This document shows positions 12,399 to 24,300 of a stretch of 64,000 nt of DNA, piece by piece. A model generated the notes under the pieces. The model was not told the DNA's origin and ran no database searches. It saw only the letters and a program-made list of their open reading frames with translations. Each line of letters opens with the position of its first letter. The stretch's first letter is position 1. This DNA comes from Balanoglossus misakiensis (taxonomy: Eukaryota; Animalia; Hemichordata): NCBI GenBank assembly GCA_040954595.2, contig CM082587.2:7739705-7803704 (forward strand). Reading direction: 5' to 3'. Both the position numbers and the translations under genes were made by a program.

Positions 12399-15300
12399 TT
12401 ATTCCCACTCGGGGTGAATGGTGAAGTGTCGCGGGATGGCTCGATGGGGCCGCGTGAACATGGCGATGGTGTTGGAGACGGGCCCCGGATGGCGCAGCAC
12501 CGGCAGGTGGTGCCAGGTCTGCTTCTCGGGTTTGGTGGCGCGGGTGTTGGGCGTCAACAGGCGCAGGTGGGTGCGCCGCTTGGCCGGGTCGATGGCGCCC
12601 GGGTCACGGCGGGCCAGCATGTAACCGCCGCCCTTTCGGCCGGGGTTTCCCCTGTGGACAGAGAGCGTACAAATATGTCATCTTTCAATTGTGGCTGCCT
12701 TAAATAGGTTTTCACTTTGCGCTAGGGGGTCAAATCCCGTTGCATTCTGGTCGAAAAGTCGACAACCCACTGTAGTAAGAGATGGAAGAAATGATATGTT
12801 TACTGTATTTCATGACTTCCTTTGGTCAGACATGTCTGTCTTTGTAGTTACCATATTAAACTCATAAAACTTTTTTCACATTTTGTTATTTTTTCTGTTA
12901 AAAAGTTTCAGAATGACCCATCATCACTTTAGCTTATGAACTCCTATTCCTTAAACATGGCAAAAATCGGCCATCTTGAAATTGTGTCGACCATTTGAGA
13001 TTTTTATCACCCACCTAGGTAGCCAAAACCTATTTAAGGTCGGGAGAATTCTCTCGCTTCATCCTTGTACTGCAGACAGTGCAGATACGATTTGTTAAAT
13101 ACAACTCTGTGTTTTATATTTGAACAGTGTTCTCCCCAGAGCAATTAATGAGTATTGGCCAATACCCTTTCATTTGAGGAAAACAATAGAAACTACTCAA
13201 TACAATTATATGCAAATTACCCGATATTGGATCAGAAATTGCTGGGAAGAACACTGTATCAGATGCACATAGTTTGCAACGGTGAAACATAATCATGCAG
13301 TGATGTAGATAATAGACGGTCTCTGGTCAAAAAGCCTGCCTGAACTCAGCATGTGAATGGCTATAATGCTTCTAAACCCCACAGAAACATATAAGTATAT
13401 TAAAGGGATACGGTCACCTGGGGAAAATTAGCTTTAGTTACAATGGCAAATTGAGATCTAGCCAATCACAGATTTTCAGTGGGTGGCACACGCGAAAAAA
13501 TGAGCGCCACCATATGTTCTTTAGAAAGCTCAAATACTCCATTTCAGCCATATATGGGCGTATGTAAATTGGAGGTGACTGTATACCTTTAATGACTAAA
13601 TCGTCTGTGCCTCAACCGCCTGTTACTCATGACAGTATTTGAAGTGTGACTGTCACTTACGAATTCAAAGTGTCCAAGACTTGGCGGAGTCTGTCACCGT
13701 CACAGATTTTACACTGGCTGTCGTCGTCATGCTTGACATCACCCTTGAGTCCCATCAAACGACTCCCAGCTAAGGAACCGAAAAACTGAATAGCCACGTC
13801 ACGATCTGAGGGGGGAAAATCATACAGAATGAAACTTTAAAAAAACATCAGACAAAATATTTCATGAAACTTAGAAGTGGGCATGAGTTGTTTCTTTTAC
13901 ATGTGTCATATGTGTGCTGTTATCAGTTATTTAACCCTTTCACCGCCATGGTTTGGTCCATCTCCATTGTTTTCAGTAGCAATGCTGGGACTTTACACAG
14001 GGAAATGGGGGTGATAGGGTTACCTTATACAACTGAATTTGAGTCAAACAGTGAAAGCAATGGTTTGAGATATATGTATTTCTTGTAGGGGGGGGGGGTT
14101 ATGTGTTGTGAGCAATGTTCCCTTTGACAATTTTTTGAAAGCTTTGAGTCAATTTGAGGATTTCTTCAAATTTCTCTGAGTCAGCCCTATACCTTTGCAT
14201 GTCGTGTGGACAATTTTCTTGAGTCAGCAGTGAATTTGTTCGGTCAGTGGCGCGTCGAAATGTCTTAGAGGGCACACTGGTCGTGACTTCTTACCTCTAC
14301 CGGAAGCTGCTTCCATCCACTTCTCAACAGCTCTCTTCGCGTCCGGTTGCAGAGTTCTGTTCAGGGTCTTGTCGACGTATTCCCGGTCGGCCACCCGCAA
14401 CACCTCGTCCACGACTTTCTTGTCGGCGTCCGGCGCATCTTTCAGCCACTTCTCGGCTGCCGGTTGGGCTTTGGGTTTCAGCGAGCGCTGTATGACGCTC
14501 TGCAGGGTCAGGAAATTTGTTTTGCACAAGTCAGTGACTGTATGTATGTATGTACAGGAAGCTTGGGCAACAGTAGGGCCAATGAATGATGTAAGGGAAT
14601 CTTACTTTCAACCCTTTTAATCTGGCCAGGAATAAAACTGATGAATGGAGTCTTTGGGGAGGGGGGGGATGTTCAGGGTGAGAACGGAAGTGTCATATCT
14701 GAGCAAGTGGGTCTTGTATCATGTGACTGTAGTCAACCAACAAATCGTGGTTAAAATAGTATATCTTGGATGTGCACTTCAATAGTTTCCACGTCCACAT
14801 GTATTTGTACTTTCTAACTAAATAGAGACATTTTCAAATCCACCATACATGTACAGTGAACACAGCACCTCTGCGAGAATGTGTGTGTGATAAAGACCAA
14901 TGTTACCAGTAATTATGTTATTGTTCAATGACAAATGCAAGTTTTGGCTCTGACATCCTGAAATCAGATAGCTCTGAATTTATCTTACCGATTTACGAAG
15001 GTCTGTGGACGACTTCTTGCGGTCCAACTTGCCTCCCCCTGGACTAAGTGGAGTGCCACTGATAGCTGGCAAGGCACTTCCTGTATAGATCAAAATCATT
15101 TGAAACAGATTTCATGATCAGTGAAACTATCTGTAACTGGTATGTATACTGAGGTATAAAGTATCAAAACTTTTAAATGTTTAATGTGTTATCAACATGC
15201 ATGGATTTTCATGCCATACAGTGGCCAAGCAAGTTATTCCGGGCAAAATCTGTGAATACTGTAAAACACTTTTTTTTTTTCGCGAGTCAAAATTTTTGCG

Positions 15301-18300
15301 ATATCGAGCGAGGCCACTGTTACGCGAGTATTAATTTTCGCGTTTTCACACATTTTTCTTTCACAACTATATGTACGCGAGTCGTTATTTTCGTGTTCTT
15401 TTGGCTCTCGCGTATTTAGCGTAAATTTAATGCTCGCTAAAAATAAAGTGTTTTACAGTAGTTCCCAGTACAGTGCAGTTTCAACACACCGAGTGAAACT
15501 GACCAAACCAAGTGATATTTCGACAACAGACACAGTGTTTGTGGTAACCATGCAGGGTTGACATGTTCCTGTGAGTTTCCATTGCAATATTCTATGTTCC
15601 AGTTTTTAAAAAAAATAGATTTCATCGCTCTCCATTGTAGCAGAGAACATGAAAATTGCAAGGTAAAACTATACAGCCAACAGCAAGTTTCTGGTGGATT
15701 CTTTGGTTTACTGTATTTTTTTTGCTGAGGAAAAGACATGCATCAGGTTTAAACCATGCAGAAAATGAGTGAATGAAAGTATTGTAATTTTTATGTGAAT
15801 AATACGGATATACATGTACATTGCATGTTGTGTTTCTTCTTATTCATGCACATCACGATATGTGCATAGTCATTGAATGAATGTGGCTATGAGAGATGGT
15901 CAGGATTAGTGGTGAACACTTTGACACCCCCAAAATGGATGTGCAGAGGTCCAACCACTGACTAGTGACTGTGGGAGAGGAATGGATTGACAGGGGTGTA
16001 TGGATTGCAAAATGGGTGGAGTTGGGCAAAGACACGCCAACGCAACTGAACACACAGGTTGCCATGCATGCACAGGTGTGGTAGACTTGCGGTATGTAAC
16101 AATACCTGTCCGTTCTTCATCACCTATCAACAGTTACCATGGTAACACCACCGATACAACACCAGACACAAGACAAACACGTATTATTGGGATAAACAGA
16201 TAACATAATATATCAATTATCATTCTGTGCGCCAGTTAGAAAAACATAAGTCCAATGGGAAAATTGGGTAAGACTAAGAAATTATCTAGGTATGAATCAG
16301 TCGTGCAACACCACATAAATGTGCTTGCACGCCATCACCAGAAATCATAATGTATATCGCACTCTCATTGTGTCAACTAACTGTCTCTACTCAAACCCAG
16401 TGAATTTATCAAAGTCAATGCTTAGCTAATATGATACCGGCGTGGAATGGTACAATAATCTAAATACCAAAGCTAGCAAGAATGCACATTATTACCATGC
16501 ACTGTATCACAAGGTTCATCTACTCATACTAATTTCCAGGTCCAAATCATACATAATTTCCTTAGCTACAATGTACCCACATAATGTATCCCAGTGCAGT
16601 CACACAGTCCTAACTAGTAGACGTAACTTATTTGCCTATACTACAGGCTATAGCTATGAACAGCTTGTTACATATATCCTCAACAGTATTGCTAAATAGA
16701 CCCCTTGACTCACCTACTGGGCGGCTAGGCACTCCCAACCCATGCAGAATCTCTAAAGTTGTCAGTTGAGGGTGATTAAGTCACCCTTTATGCATACATG
16801 TATCTCAACTTGCGCAACATGTATGTAGCCAATCTCCGAATTTCCATCTTATACTGATCCCCGGAGCAAAGTTTCTAACCCAACCCCAGAGTCAAAATCT
16901 GATGTATCTTCAAACTCTATTTTGTGATGTTCATTTTATCTCCCAACCATTCTGATATCCTCTACCTTTAAAACAAAACACCTGTCGTGCAAAGTCCTAA
17001 CTCTATTGGCTGATCAGTCAACACAACCTAACTCACTATTAGCTGATCAATCAACACCCTTTATAACCTAACTCACTATTGGCTGATTAATCAACACCCT
17101 ACATAACCTAACTCACCATTGGCCGATCATGCAGTCAACACCCTTTATAACCTAACTCACTATTGGCTGATCAGTCAACACCCTACATAACCTAACTCAC
17201 CATTGGCTCCTGCTCTAACTGATCCCATAACACTAATAACAGAGCTGGGAATCTCTTTGCCTGAAGATGGTGGAAACATATGATAAGGAGGACTATGATG
17301 AGTGGTAGATGTCAGCTGATTCTTAGTTGAATTTAGACGTTCCATGACTTTGTTATGACTCTTGTAGAGTTCCTGGGTCTGTTTCAGGACATCGTTCTCT
17401 ACGTCCATCTCTGTTGTTTCAAAAGAAATGCACATTTACAATTGTCAGTTTAATTTTTGGTGATTGTGTTGTTTTGAACTTGGGGTTATGGGGAATTGTA
17501 TTGTAGAATTCAGTACAAAATGTGTGATGACAATTTTGAAGCAAATACAACATTGTCAATATAGTATGTTTGTGTTCGCATAGACTGTTTAGGTGTTGTT
17601 CCATTTGGATGTGCATTTTGTTGATTTTGATGTGCATGTAACGGTTGGTAGGCATTTGACCTTTAGACTGCTGGGATTGACCGCTGTAGGGGTTAATGTC
17701 ATGCACTTGACCTCTGACTGCAGGAGTTCGGTCGTGGGGAGATTTTTCTGGTGCAGCCAGGACTGTGTGTGTATGCCATGTATTTGACTGTTGGGATTCT
17801 ATGTTGCCATCATTCTACCCTGTGCAGTGTATCTTTGACTGTGGGAGTTGACAGTGTCCATACCATGCAAAATCTCGGCTGTGTTGAATTAAACTGTTAT
17901 CTTCAGCTTCTACAGTTCAATACTGTAGGATTATGGATCCATTTATTACAAACACGGGTGCATCCCATTCCATTTCCATTGAATATAGGGATGAAGGTAG
18001 TCAACCAGCAAAGGTTAGGATGAGAACACTTTGTGATCGACATTAAATGTTGACCTACATGTAGATATATAGTGAATCAACATTCGACTACACACAACTT
18101 CCACATACCGTTTGTAGGACATGAGAGGAAAAATCTCTCCAAAATGAATAAATGGTAAACACCAATTATTCATTTTGGCGAGTTTTTCACTCGTTTTTCA
18201 CACATTGAGCTATCTTTAAAGTTGTTTTTTGTCGTGAATACAGACCTTCTCTTTTTCCATTGATGTCTTCATAGAACTTCTGGTTGCTGTCGCGTATCAG

Positions 18301-21300
18301 AGTCTGCTGCTGTTCCTGGTAACTGGGATCCACCTTGATCAGTCGTGTAGGCACCTTCCAGTGCATGAACATCTGAAACGGAAATGAACCAGGATTCAGG
18401 TGAACGGTGGGCATGGTGAAGGAATCGTCAAGTTTCCATGGAAATGGGTAGCCTGGTGGATGTTTACATTGCACACTGCCATCTTGAAGACGACTTATTG
18501 GTTCCTAGAGGGCTAGAGACTATTGCATATGCTGGTGATGTTATGTGTTGATGGCAAACTTTTATAGTGTCACCATTTGCTCCTTAAAATTTTCTGCCAG
18601 AAAAGAGAGTTTTCTAAGTAGCGTATGCATACACTGATGTGAAAGTTGCTGTGAGATAGTATTATTTCTTGGAAGAATGAATGATACAGTACTATATGTA
18701 TATTGTACAGAGATTCTTGAGTATCATTATTAATGTTCGTGGATATAGGAATAAGTTATACAATTTAATTTTTATTTTTTATTACACTGTTATATCTGCA
18801 TTTTATAGACAGTACTAGTGCTGACTGTATTTTTGTTATGCCTGCAGGTGACTGTTGCATTTCATAGCAACTGTGTTTATGTAGTCCCGGCAATCAATAT
18901 GTCAATTGTTATCAGAGATTTGTCATGATAAGTACATTTGTACTACGGTATTCGCAGTGTACTTCCATACAATGAGGACTCGGGTCATTTCCATTCTCTG
19001 GACATTTTATCTTAAATTCCTCAGTCTGGATTAAGCCATGAGGTGTTCAAATAACAGCATGTTTTTCTCACAAAGGTTCCTGAATTCATGGTTTGTTGTA
19101 CACTGACAAATACAATTACATGTAGTGGGCATGCATATTCCTCAATGGTAACCACCATGTGACATTGTTTCTTTTATAGAAAACAGAAATTCAGACTTTG
19201 TCCTGATCAATATCAATTTTAAAATTGAGTCAAGTTTTATACCATTTCATCTGTTTATAGTGTAAAATAAATGGTAGTGAGTGTTCATATTCAATGAAGT
19301 TTGTAATAAAAAGATAAGTCATTCTGTTCAAAAACAATAATATTGTAAATTTTGTAGAATTATTTCCCAAACTTCACTGTGCAGTTGGTATGAAATAGTT
19401 CAACAGTCTCCCTTAAATCACCGACTATAGTGATCTGAGAATGTATTGCCATGTTTATGATGAACATTTATTGGTACGGTAGATTTACCAATCTCCATTC
19501 TTTGACCATCATGGCATATGCGGGACATACTTCAGCTGCTGAGAAGTCTGTCAGATTTTATCAGTGTGAGTTAATTGTGTAAACAAGGCTCAGTTCATTG
19601 GCAGTCTATCGAACCGATCTGTGCACATTTGCGGGTTGGGTGGCTCTCTCTGTTTGCCTTTTAACCACTGGTTGGTCGGCAGAATGTTTTCGTCGTCATG
19701 GATATTCTCCTTGACCTATGGCCACCTATGGTATAGAACTATAGGCATTGTGTTTTTCAGCCCCTTTTATGAAATGTACACCTGAAATATACATTGTTGC
19801 TACTACTGGGTTAATTTGGAATAAGAGTCGGTTTTTTTACAGTGCAGAAAAAAGGTGAAATTTCACAAGCTTTTTGTCAAATTGAGTCCTACTAGGAATG
19901 GAATACCTGGCCAGTTTAGGACAGGTACATGTTTTTAAAAAGCTGAGGTTATAATGCAAAAGAATCACAAAGACTGTTTACTTGTATCTACCTGCCTGTC
20001 TGTCTGTCTGCATGTCTGTCAAGACATTTGGACATGGATATTACAGTGTAGTGAAATAAGTCGAACTACAATAACTCTTTCATCAAATGAATTTCAAATC
20101 ACATTATACCATTCTCTGTAAATGATAAGCTTGTTATAAAGTCAGTTTCCTAGTGTATTTCTTAAAAAATTATTTCAGCAAATCCTTATGTATGGCTTAA
20201 TAAAAATTAATTTCAGCAAAATTCGTGGGTTTTCTTGTTATTTATAGTGGAAGTATTGCATGTTCAAATCCCATTGCATACCGCGTTGCTTATGTACTGT
20301 GATAGCCAGGCACTACAAGTGCTAGTAGGAGTTTACATAGCAAAGTCAGAAATCAGTTCTCGCACATAAAAAATCAGCATCACAAGTGACAAAGAGCCAG
20401 AATTTGTAATCCATATAGCTGTGTAGAGCAACCTCCATCTTCAACAGTTTTTATTTTCATGAACATGTTTATTCAAAGACACATTAAACTCCCACTCACT
20501 GTTGATTTTGCTGTAGTGCATTCAGGGAATGTTTGCTTTGGGAACAGAAAGCCAATAATCTGACTGAATGCATTCTCTTGGAGAACTACGCCTGTTATCA
20601 ATCTCTTATTATAGAATGTGAATGTCCATACAGAAAAGAACTGCCACAGCCACTTTCATCATTGATCGTCTGTTTTTCAAGAAAATGAAAGTTGCAGTTT
20701 GGGAGAAATGAGAAAAATTCTTCGCTGTAGAATTCCTTCAATTTCTCACTGAATTATGTTGTAGAAATTGTCAACATGATCAAACTATTCCCTTGAATTC
20801 ATCTAGCAGAGAACCAGCTAGGACTTGCAAAAACAGCATGCTTTCTATCTCATGCCATCAAATATTTCTCAAATTTAAAATACCAAATTTTGAGAACTCC
20901 AATTTTGATTTTTCTATTAAACTTAGGGAAACACAAGTCAGAATTGTTATGAATATAATGTAATGGATGTTCATTGATTTTTTTAGCAAGAGAATAGTCG
21001 CGACCTTGAATGAAGTTTGTTTAATAGAGATAATTCCAAGTTATTGTGATAGCTGTACACAAAAGTGAAAAAAAAATGTTTCCCCTTGTCTCTTAATGAT
21101 ATTCATCTTAAATAATTGTCAATCAAACCCTTAATATGTGTGACTCATCTTCATGAACAGATATTAATACCCAAAGAAAAGAGAAAACCACAATTGCATT
21201 TGTCTGTCCTAATCCCTGCATTGTGAAATATTGATCAACCATCTAGTATCCCATACGCCATTTGTACCAACCCTTCAAAATCAATAAATGCTTATGTAAA

Positions 21301-24300
21301 ATGTCGACACTGTTTGTTATAAAGATTTCACTGTCTGTTCTAACAAAAGCCACTGTCAACTTCTACATGTCAGGATAACTGATGGGGTTAAATGCAATTC
21401 CAGTGACTGACACATTAGTTAATTTTCCTAATCTCTTCAATAAAAAAATATTTTCTGGCAGGCCTCAATATTTTTTTTCTGGGTGCTTCTTGTAGTATCT
21501 GTTTACCGGACTCATTTAATTGCATTAGTTTATCTGACATCAGGAAACGCTCTCTTTCCTTTTCGAGATCAAACAATGAATTGATTGATGGATTCCTGTC
21601 GTGGCTTCCCATCAATTCTGTATGATACATCCAGCAGTCGCCACTTCACTGCGACAGAAATGATCGCTCCGTGGTGGCTACACACACCAGACTGTTTTGA
21701 TTGGAAATTAGCGCGCAGCCCTTCCGCCACTCAGGAAATCCGGGCTTCTGCGCCGCATATTGCCACTCACCACAAATTTATAGGGAGAGAGAAAAAACAC
21801 GACCTGGTTTACGTTGCTGTTCACACACGAGTGTGGGAATTTGCGAATATCGGGCGAGATTTGTACTAGGGGCGGACAGGGTGATGGCTTTTCACTGTAA
21901 CCAAGCAGTGCACGGCCATTTGCATCTAGCAGTGATGTGCGATGGAGATTGCGTTCCCAATCACTGATTGCGCCCATTGTTGCCTGGCTAGGGTGAATCG
22001 ACTCAATAATTCATTAGGACACTACAATGCAGACACTCAGTGGGCTCCATAACTAAGCCTGTCTTAAGTATCTAGGTAGCTAGGTACAGCTCTGGGATCA
22101 CACAGCCTAGTTTATACATAGAAGTACGGAAATTCATGCTAAATTTTATTGAATAATTCCATGTTGTAATAACACTGCATTTTATTGCCCTCATTGTTTA
22201 GAGTTATTAAAAAAATAATCCAAAAATGTCACTCAAATCCGTGCAGATGAAAGTACATGTGTGTACACTCTGCAAAGTTTTTTTCCAAGTTTTTTTTTTT
22301 ATTTGACACAACTGATGAACTTGTCACAGGAGTCGTTGATAATCATTTACCAATTAGGAAGTTTCTTATCAATATAATATAGAAGTTTCCATGGTAACAC
22401 TCTGATAAAATCATAATATGTTGCAATATTTTTAACAGGAAATAAAGTTAGCCGTTCACAGATTCTTCACACAATGTAATGCCCTGGTAACCATAAAAGC
22501 AACCCTTTTTTTAAAAATCACTCCCAAGTATAGTATTGTGTCTGCCAAAATATTGTGTCATAACATGCATACTATACAAGTGGTTGGCCAATTTCCTCAT
22601 AAGAAATTATAATAAGTATTTATTTGTAATTGATATCAAATGTTAATGATAATAAATGAACAACAACTGAAATCTAACAGAAGCCGATATGAAAGTTGCT
22701 ACATTCAGCTGATAAATCGCTTTCTACACTGTGAAATCTGACATGTGCGCAATACACATTGTATTAATTCACTTGCTTGCTTCATCATTGACAAAATTAA
22801 GTTTATGTCCGATGAAAGACTGGATAGTGAATCATTAAATTGGAATGAACAAGCATTGTACAGACATTGCTCAGAATACAGATAGATAGAGTCACTGTCC
22901 AGGATTGCAATTTGTTATATTATTTTTAAAAACGCAAAATGAATTGCAACATCCGCTTAATACGCTTATATTTCTGTTAGTTTAATGTAATTGGTCCATC
23001 GAGCTTAAGCGTAATACAGTTAACTAATTAGCGTGACTGACACGCTCATTAGCACCAGAGGAAAAGTGTCAATAAATGCGCGAGACACGGTGACACCCGG
23101 ACAACGAAAGAAAATGGCGCGAGTGCAGGTGTAGAGTCCTGCAGTACATTGAGGCGACTACTTTACTTCTTGGTTTTAATGACGCGCAGAACAGAAAAAA
23201 TAAGTGTGAAGTAATGATCGTGTACAAGATTCCGATCGCCGCTTTCCCGTTTCTATTAGTAACTGACAATCGGCGGTGATAAAGTTCACATAGGTCTATA
23301 AATTAACGAAACGCGACGGTGTGTGTCCCATACATGTACATGTTCGATCCGATCCCCTATTTAGCTAAACGTTCAGTCCAGCTCTCCTGGGACGTGTAAA
23401 CCCAGAAGCTTAACGCAGCTAAAAACCGATTTACTTCAAATTGCTACATGCGTGAAAATGATACTTTTGTAATCGTTACTAACAGACTGTCGAAATTGAT
23501 TTTCTCTGAAGCAGACTTCTGGCCCGACGGATTTCACTGTAGTTTTATGAGGTAGCGTCTTGTGCTACTGGTCTACACGTCACAACAATGAACAACCCCG
23601 TCTTTTGTTTACGCCGGGGCCACGTTTGTAAATTTTTAACAATCTCACCGCAGGAACAATTATACCGCGTATCTAAGTACTGAAATATTAAAAAGTGCCC
23701 ATACTAACCGGTTTCGATCCCGCCGACATGGTTCAAAACTTGACGCAAACGTAGAACAACCTGTTACGCGACGGAGACCATAACAAGACACACCAGGCGC
23801 TCGCGGTTGACGTATACAAAGTGCGGTTGCATAATTAATTTGCCCGTTGCCAGGGCTCAGAAGGACGCTAACCGCGCCGTCGGACAAAAGGCCGCACTTG
23901 CGGTGTACAGCCTACGTGTCGGCGATGACAATGTCGTGTACGCATTAAACTCACACTGGGATTTCTTTTATTTGTCGTACTCTCCAAAATTCTATCAGAG
24001 GCGAGGCTCTTTCAAACAAGCTGACATTTACAAAAAAAAACGTCTCAGGTTCGTTCACCTGTCTGTCCTTGTCAGTGTGCTCGTCAGTATTCAACACAAA
24101 GTCAACTGCCATTACAGAAGAAGAAGGCAAAATCAATCGCTTGTTTGCGAATTAATGCAAGCACGTTACAAAGTCCGCGGTGTATTTTGCCAGTACTGCG
24201 AAGGGTACAGACATTTTCCAAGCCCCTTCAAACGATCTTCGTCAATTTTAGCAAAACGTGCACTTGTGTACAGAAGTTTGTCAGTGGGCGTCAACTGTTA

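Noticed and set aside
16996-17207. CRISPR-like array
   Set aside because: Eukaryotic context, and the units repeat in full with no unique spacers; it is a minisatellite.
23547-23570. let-7-like seed TGAGGTAG
   Set aside because: The rest of the mature sequence does not match let-7, and no convincing precursor hairpin was seen.
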